From a virus (taxonomy: Duplodnaviria; Caudoviricetes): 24,095 bases of DNA. The notes beneath the pieces are model-generated. The model made no database searches. It was not told the origin of the DNA and saw only the letters and a list, made by a program, of their open reading frames with translations. The DNA is taken from IMG/VR virus record IMGVR_UViG_3300044723_008164, positions 1-24,095 of that record, one strand, 5' to 3'. The position numbers and the translations under genes were made by a program. Of the stretch, positions 18,834 to 24,095 are shown piece after piece (position 1 is the first letter of the stretch; every line of letters starts with the position of its first letter).

Positions 18834-18862
18834 TTGACATCCAAGGTAAATTAATCTATAAT
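18834..18862 (+). promoter_or_regulatory. Consensus sigma70 promoter (early/host-RNAP type)
   Basis: TTGACA (18834-18839), 17-nt spacer, TATAAT (18857-18862), then GGAG RBS (18884-18887) and TTG start at 18895. Confidence 0.9.
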
Positions 18863-18894
18863 AAGTAAATGTATAAAATTTACGGAGAATTCTT

Positions 18895-19932
18895 TTGGAT
18901 TATAGTTTAATTTACAACGGACAGATTTATCTGTTTCTTATTGTGTTCGTAATGATGATTGCGGGCATGATCAAAGAACACGGATTATTCAAGGACATTT
19001 TTTGTTATTTCGAACAAACACTTAAAAGTAAAAAAGCAGTGGTTGCTGTTGTAAGTGCTCTAACAGGACTATTACCCATCAAAGGACGAGTAACAGTCAG
19101 TGCTGGTATGCTTGAAACACTAGCACCCGATAAAGGCTGTTGTGGTAGAGAGAAGTTTGGTCCAATTGACTACGTAAGCACACACCACTATTACTTTTGG
19201 TCACCCTTGGAAAAAACTGTAATTCTACCCATGGCGGCATTTGGTTTAAGTTACGGTGCTTGGATAGGAATTATTTGGCCTCTATTGTTAGTTTCAATTG
19301 CGTTTATTCTTGCCTACCTCATATGGGGAGTAAAGGAAACTGACATCGAACTAAAGGACTGTGAAACGGATATAAAAATCAGTCGCATAACAAGATACGT
19401 ATTTCCATACATAGCAGGTGTTGGCGCCATCATTGCTGGCATTGATTTTATATGGGCGTTTGGTTCATTAACAATTTACTATATGTTCTGCACAAGAACA
19501 TTTGATCTTAAGAAACTGCTTGGATACGTTGATTGGAAACTCGTAGGTTGGGTAGCACTTATTATTGTTGCGGCTAACTATGCAGTTTCTAATACAGATA
19601 ACATAAAAGCATTTTTAGGAAATGCTGGACTTGATATTAACACAGCAAGTGGATTTGTGTTATTAAGTTTGTTTAGTTTTGCTGGAGCATTTGCCTTAGG
19701 CTCTAGTTCAAGATTTGGTGCTATCACAGTATTAATGGCAAGCATTTATGGCATTGAGTACCTACCTTGGTTCTTTGCTGTGGATTTTGTAGGTTATTTG
19801 ATATCGCCAATGCATAAATGCGTAGCAATTGGTATGCTTTACTTTGGAACAAAGTTAAGATACTATGCCACAATTTTAGGCTTATGGGGCGGAAGCGTAA
19901 TTGCTACCGCAGGTTTAATCACTTACTTTTAG
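18895..19932 (+). CDS. Polytopic inner-membrane permease (ion-transporter superfamily / DUF401-like)
   Basis: Roughly 9-10 hydrophobic segments in two halves; motifs GLLPIKG, STHHYYFWSPLE and GYLISPMHKC (similar to the SPxHxC of DUF401-like proteins); TTG start with good RBS. Confidence 0.7.
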   Translation: MDYSLIYNGQIYLFLIVFVMMIAGMIKEHGLFKDIFCYFEQTLKSKKAVVAVVSALTGLLPIKGRVTVSAGMLETLAPDKGCCGREKFGPIDYVSTHHYYFWSPLEKTVILPMAAFGLSYGAWIGIIWPLLLVSIAFILAYLIWGVKETDIELKDCETDIKISRITRYVFPYIAGVGAIIAGIDFIWAFGSLTIYYMFCTRTFDLKKLLGYVDWKLVGWVALIIVAANYAVSNTDNIKAFLGNAGLDINTASGFVLLSLFSFAGAFALGSSSRFGAITVLMASIYGIEYLPWFFAVDFVGYLISPMHKCVAIGMLYFGTKLRYYATILGLWGGSVIATAGLITYF

Positions 19933-19939
19933 GAAAACT

Positions 19940-20506
19940 ATGTCAAGACTATTACTTGCAATAGGTGTGGCGGTTCTTTCCACTGTTAGCCATGCAGGAG
20001 ACTTTGATACTAATCAATTTAATCTTAAGGTAAAGGGAAACAGTTGGGGTGTGGAGTTTCGTGAATATGCACAGATCGATCGCTCACACATTCAAATAGA
20101 ACACTACCTTGACAAATGGAAGTTTGCCTATCGCTATGATGAAGATGGCGACAAGGTCGAACACAGGCCAAGGATAGATTACAATCTATTAGACAATGAT
20201 TACTTTTATATCACTCCAAGGATAGAGTATCGTTACTATGAGGGCGATCGCGATGACTACGGTAGATTGCGTTCAGCCTTTGGATTGAAATGGGGGAATG
20301 CGTATTATGAAATAACACCCATGATACACTTTGCCAAGGATAATAGTGATAACGATTTTGGATTTGATGAGTATCAGCAGAAGGTTGGATACAAGTGGAA
20401 GTTAGAAGATAAAGTCAAACTCAATACATTTGTACAACACGAGGCAGATAATAACTTTGACAAGACTAACTTATTTTTTGGTACTACATTAGAAGTTGAA
20501 TTCTAA
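19940..20506 (+). CDS. Outer-membrane beta-barrel protein (small porin, KdgM-like)
   Basis: Sec signal peptide MSRLLLAIGVAVLSTVSHA, alternating amphipathic strands rich in Y/R/D/E, and C-terminal Phe (GTTLEVEF) BAM signature; AGGA RBS. Confidence 0.75.
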   Translation: MSRLLLAIGVAVLSTVSHAGDFDTNQFNLKVKGNSWGVEFREYAQIDRSHIQIEHYLDKWKFAYRYDEDGDKVEHRPRIDYNLLDNDYFYITPRIEYRYYEGDRDDYGRLRSAFGLKWGNAYYEITPMIHFAKDNSDNDFGFDEYQQKVGYKWKLEDKVKLNTFVQHEADNNFDKTNLFFGTTLEVEF

Positions 20507-20512
20507 GAATAA

Positions 20513-20782
20513 CTATACTGTTTTTTTATTGTAATCTCTAGTAAGCCTATCCAATTGCTTACGCAATTCCATAATTTTTTCTCTTGATGCGCTCATACTA
20601 TCAGGCAAACCTTGTCCTCTTATTATGTCATTATGATGCTTATCAACGGCTTTTACTTCAAAAATTAATTTTGATACTAGATCGTTAATTTTATCTTTAG
20701 TTGCTTGATGCTCTATTTCTTCAGCCTTTTTCCTAAATGTTTCAATTTCTTTCTGAAAAGTTTCGTTATGTTCAAGAAGCAT
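20513..20782 (-). CDS. Small helical coiled-coil hypothetical protein (89 aa)
   Basis: GGAG RBS in the upstream gene's end; overlaps 20772-21152; E/K-rich helices. Confidence 0.55.
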   Translation of the reverse strand: MLLEHNETFQKEIETFRKKAEEIEHQATKDKINDLVSKLIFEVKAVDKHHNDIIRGQGLPDSMSASREKIMELRKQLDRLTRDYNKKTV

Positions 20783-21152
20783 TTTCTAACTCCAGTATTG
20801 TTTCAATTTTTGTTCTTATTAGATTATTATTTAATGTGTTTCTCAAACCAGTATGCACATTCTTGGGAAGATAATCTAGATCGCTCCAGCAAAAAGTTGC
20901 TGCATTAACAGTTAAAAATTCGTCCTTTACTAAACAAATATAAGTTCCGTATTCAAAACCCTTATCTTTTGATAGATATAGTTCAATTGGCAATATTTTT
21001 CCGCTAACAAACTTATCTTGTATTTCTGTACTATCGTCAATCAATGACTTGTTTCTATTAAAAGTAGGAACAGTCCATTTCTCATTTTCAAGTATGAGAA
21101 ATATTCTTCTGGTAGATGAAGATAGATATAATAATCCGGCACGTTTTTGCAT
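20772..21152 (-). CDS. Degenerate Nudix-fold-like protein
   Basis: AGLLYLS..RRIFLIL..KW, FEYGTYICLV..EF and CW..L..LPKNVHTGL resemble the Nudix scaffold, but the GX5EX7REUXEEXGU box is absent. Confidence 0.45.
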   Translation of the reverse strand: MQKRAGLLYLSSSTRRIFLILENEKWTVPTFNRNKSLIDDSTEIQDKFVSGKILPIELYLSKDKGFEYGTYICLVKDEFLTVNAATFCWSDLDYLPKNVHTGLRNTLNNNLIRTKIETILELENAS

Positions 21153-21157
21153 ATCAA

Positions 21158-21164
21158 TACTTAT
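21158..21164 (-). promoter_or_regulatory. Variant late-promoter core ATAAGTA, leaderless arrangement
   Basis: On the - strand: ATAAGTA-ttgat-ATG(21152), overlapping the gp15-like stop codon. Confidence 0.4.
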
Positions 21165-22666
21165 GCTGGATCTGGGTCAAATCTCCAGAAACCTGGGGCA
21201 TACTCTCCTTCAAATGATTTGAGCCATTCTGTTCCATTCCACATGTACTGTATGCCAGTCTTTAAGTTCTGTATGTATGTTGGATCTATAAGAGTGTTAG
21301 GACTTGCTAGTGTTACCCAGTCATTACCATTCCATTCCACAATTGAATTTGCAACTATAACAGGATCCTCTCCTGTCTTGCCCTTCCATGCATCAGGTCC
21401 ATCATACATTGTGGCTGTGCTTGATGCAGTTGGATCAGGAATATCAATGCTTAACCCAACATTTTCACTGTTATTAACATCTTCAAGCATTAGGTATCTA
21501 GTACCTAAAGGAATATTGTTTATACCGTTGAAACTTTCAATAGGGTTAAAACTGTAAGGATCTATAATAGCATCTATAGTTCCTCTTGCAGGAACGCCAG
21601 GCACTGTTGATGCGATGCTTTCATTTTTCTGATTAGGATTTTCATCCATGGTTACTAATAGTATTTCAGGATCAACAGGATTAATTGCAAATGTGCCTCT
21701 CATTTCATAACCGTTAGGTTGTTTGAAATATATGTGGCTTCCTGGTTTAAATCCACCATGCAGTGCTAGGATGGTATTCCAGTCTAGTTTTTTATTTGCA
21801 AATTCTTTTTCATTTAATCCAAGCGTTTGTACGGCTTGATTTTGATCAACAATGCTTAGATCATAATCCCTAGGTTGGTTATTTGTTGCCTTGAATAACA
21901 ACACTGTGTATCTATTATTAACATAAACAGTTGTACCACTTGTACTTTCGTTGAAAACAAGTTGATTAAGATCCTTAACTTGACCTTCTTCAGTAAATAT
22001 ATTTGCTATAATACTTCTAATTATTCCTAATTTCTTAACCTTGGCAGGTGTAGAAATCCAACAAGGAATTTCAAAATCTACAGATGCGATATCTATATCA
22101 CTATCTACACCTGCTGGAATGCTCCTAGAAGAAAATGATGTTCCAGTTAGATAGACTACACTTAAACTAGTCCAATCGATATAATTGTCAGTGGTTTGTA
22201 TTTCTAACGCTGGATTAAACAACACTAATATTTGTTCCATCAATTGTAGTTTTTGATCTGTATTAGATGTCCATATATCTGCTCTCATGGTAAGTTTAAA
22301 CGGAGTAGGCATTAGTCTTTCAACTGTATAGTTTCCACCCTGTTCGCCCGTATATACTGGATCTCCATTGGCATCGAAACTATCGTATCTTCTTTCCCTA
22401 ATATTAACTTTACTAATAAATGTGGGATCAGACAATCTAGTTTGATCCATTTCAAATCCAGTTATGTAACAGGCTATCCTAGGAACAGTGGGCATTTTGT
22501 TTTCACTGTTTTCACGTATTATGTTTGCAACTTGTCTTGTGAGATCACCATACATGACAGGTACTGCTTGTTGAGTTCCGTCACCTGCCTCATACTTGAA
22601 GCCAATGAAGATCCTCATAAACTGAGTTACATATCTTCTAATTTGTCCGTCGTAGAAAAAATCCAT
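21161..22666 (-). CDS. gp15: Tail sheath stabilizer / tail completion protein (T4 gp15-like) with C-terminal extension
   Basis: FFYDGQIRRYVTQF..IF, VPVMYGD, VPRI, MPTPFKL...DIWT.N.DQKLQLMEQILVLFNP match the gp15 family pattern; located downstream of the neck-like gene. Confidence 0.75.
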   Translation of the reverse strand: MDFFYDGQIRRYVTQFMRIFIGFKYEAGDGTQQAVPVMYGDLTRQVANIIRENSENKMPTVPRIACYITGFEMDQTRLSDPTFISKVNIRERRYDSFDANGDPVYTGEQGGNYTVERLMPTPFKLTMRADIWTSNTDQKLQLMEQILVLFNPALEIQTTDNYIDWTSLSVVYLTGTSFSSRSIPAGVDSDIDIASVDFEIPCWISTPAKVKKLGIIRSIIANIFTEEGQVKDLNQLVFNESTSGTTVYVNNRYTVLLFKATNNQPRDYDLSIVDQNQAVQTLGLNEKEFANKKLDWNTILALHGGFKPGSHIYFKQPNGYEMRGTFAINPVDPEILLVTMDENPNQKNESIASTVPGVPARGTIDAIIDPYSFNPIESFNGINNIPLGTRYLMLEDVNNSENVGLSIDIPDPTASSTATMYDGPDAWKGKTGEDPVIVANSIVEWNGNDWVTLASPNTLIDPTYIQNLKTGIQYMWNGTEWLKSFEGEYAPGFWRFDPDPA

Positions 22667-22836
22667 TATTTAGATACCTTATTCTTCCAAGCGTCTTCTT
22701 TGCCCTTTGCGGCATCTGCTCGTCTATTCTTAATTTTTAATGCAACTGGTTCGTCAAATTTTTCAGGCGGACGTTTTTTAACTGTAAATTTTTTACCGCT
22801 GGTTCTTGCAAATCCTAGTATTTCATCGATGCGCAT
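22666..22836 (-). CDS. Small basic protein (56 aa, MRIDEILGFARTSGKKFTVKKRPPEKFDEPVALKIKNRRADAAKGKEDAWKNKVSK), absent from the ORF track
   Basis: Fills the gap exactly, with TAATG stop/start overlaps at both ends (22836 and 22666). Confidence 0.7.
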   Translation of the reverse strand: MRIDEILGFARTSGKKFTVKKRPPEKFDEPVALKIKNRRADAAKGKEDAWKNKVSK

Positions 22837-24095
22837 TATTCATCTGCCTTTGGTTTAAGTGCTTTAGAAAGACTCTGTTTCTCAGCAATGTTCTTGCCAC
22901 CGATATTATTAACTGTTGTATTATTGACAAAAGATGTTTTTAATGTTTGTCTTTCATCTTTACCTGCAAATGTTGCTCCTGCTGCAACGTCACTGCTTCC
23001 TAGATTGCTCATTGTCATTCTTACATCATCCTCTACTTTGACCCATCTTACATTATCAAATCTAAATAGTCTTGTTGGTTTAAAATCTGTTCGTAGATGA
23101 AATTGTCCTTTTGTTGGATTGATTGGGAACGCTATGCCCTGAGTAAATGGTGCTCCATTTGCTGGTATTCCATCTCCTGTAAGGTATCCTTTGTATCCTT
23201 CTCCCTCAGCAGATTGATAAACAGTATCTGCTGTTGCTGCCATATAAACTTGTTCGCCTTTTTCATCATATATAGGATTACCATCTTTATCAGTTGATGG
23301 TATTAATAAATCATCACTATCAGCAGTTACAAGTTCTGCTTTTCCGTTTTCATCACGCTGAAGTGTATAGAAAGGTTTGGTATCATATCCACTTTGAGGA
23401 GCATCTGCTTCTGCTTGATTAAGCACAGCCTGAGTAATTTGCATTTCTTTTTCATATGTACTCATTATGTCCTTGAGAGTGTCAGCATTTTTATAGTAAT
23501 TTGAATTAGGTGGTTCTACACCCTTAACTTCAGCAAGGACTGTATATTGATTACCGTCAGCGCCAGTAACTGTATCTCCTGGATAATAAGTAGATTCTGA
23601 ATTCCACAAACCTTTGAAGTTTTCTGCATCTGCAAGTTGATCCAAAATTTGTTTGAACTCTTGTGAATCCACAAGTGGCTTACACTTTGCTCTGTATAAA
23701 TGAGGATACCATGTTACTGAAAAACCTTCAGCAGCACGATTTACATCTTCAACAACATAAAATCTCTTTAGTGCATAATTTAAATCATTTAATGCATATT
23801 CATCCTTTAGATGAGGTAACTCAATAACGTCACCTGATATAATTTTTCTGCCAAGTTTTTCCACAGTATCGTTGATGTGGAAAGTAATAAACACTGTATC
23901 GTTTTGTAGGAACAATCCAAATTGGCTTAGATTAAAATCTATGTCCTGTACATTATAAACACCACGCATAACATACACATCAGGATCATATTTTCTATCT
24001 CTGTTTTCGAGAAACAGCATATCCTGTATATTAGTTTCGCTCTGGGTACCGTACGTAGGAGTGCTAGGTGTATTACCCTGTATAGACGGGCCAGG
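22836..24095 (-). CDS. Neck / head-completion protein (T4 gp14-like), 5'-truncated
   Basis: Frame is open to the window edge (PGPSIQGNTPSTPTYGTQSETNIQD MLFLENRDRKYD). LSQFGLFLQNDTVFITFH and GDVIELPH resemble gp14; synteny with the gp15-like gene. Confidence 0.65.
   Translation of the reverse strand, partial: PGPSIQGNTPSTPTYGTQSETNIQDMLFLENRDRKYDPDVYVMRGVYNVQDIDFNLSQFGLFLQNDTVFITFHINDTVEKLGRKIISGDVIELPHLKDEYALNDLNYALKRFYVVEDVNRAAEGFSVTWYPHLYRAKCKPLVDSQEFKQILDQLADAENFKGLWNSESTYYPGDTVTGADGNQYTVLAEVKGVEPPNSNYYKNADTLKDIMSTYEKEMQITQAVLNQAEADAPQSGYDTKPFYTLQRDENGKAELVTADSDDLLIPSTDKDGNPIYDEKGEQVYMAATADTVYQSAEGEGYKGYLTGDGIPANGAPFTQGIAFPINPTKGQFHLRTDFKPTRLFRFDNVRWVKVEDDVRMTMSNLGSSDVAAGATFAGKDERQTLKTSFVNNTTVNNIGGKNIAEKQSLSKALKPKADE

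Noticed and set aside
21147-23297. + strand ORFs 21147-21557, 22442-22858, 22888-23100 and 23097-23297
   Set aside because: Antisense to well-supported gp15-like and gp14-like genes.
1-24095. Stop-codon recoding, tRNAs, CRISPR arrays, introns or inteins
   Set aside because: TAA, TAG and TGA all terminate genes at coupled junctions, intergenic gaps are too short for arrays or RNA genes, and no splicing-element motifs were noticed by eye.

Overview
This window looks like part of a large T4-like (myovirus-type) phage genome that uses the standard genetic code. The likely host is Gram-negative, since the phage encodes an outer-membrane beta-barrel. The + strand (<1-20506) begins with a 5'-truncated giant modular virion/tail-fibre protein and several small fibre-associated proteins, including a tandem paralog pair and an Ig/propeller protein. 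Next comes a tightly coupled block of modifying enzymes: five 2OG-Fe(II) oxygenases, a flavin-dependent (Trp-type) halogenase, a U32-like Fe-S domain fused to a SAM methyltransferase, and a conserved hypothetical. After that are a fibre-like protein with two cupredoxin-type copper-site motifs and, behind a perfect sigma70 promoter, an inner-membrane permease plus a porin-like gene. The - strand (20513->24095) carries gp14-like neck and gp15-like tail-completion genes, an uncalled 56-aa ORF, a degenerate Nudix-like ORF and a small coiled-coil ORF. T4-late-like ATAAATA boxes punctuate the region, several positioned for leaderless mRNAs. All family assignments are from motif recognition by eye; no searches were run.
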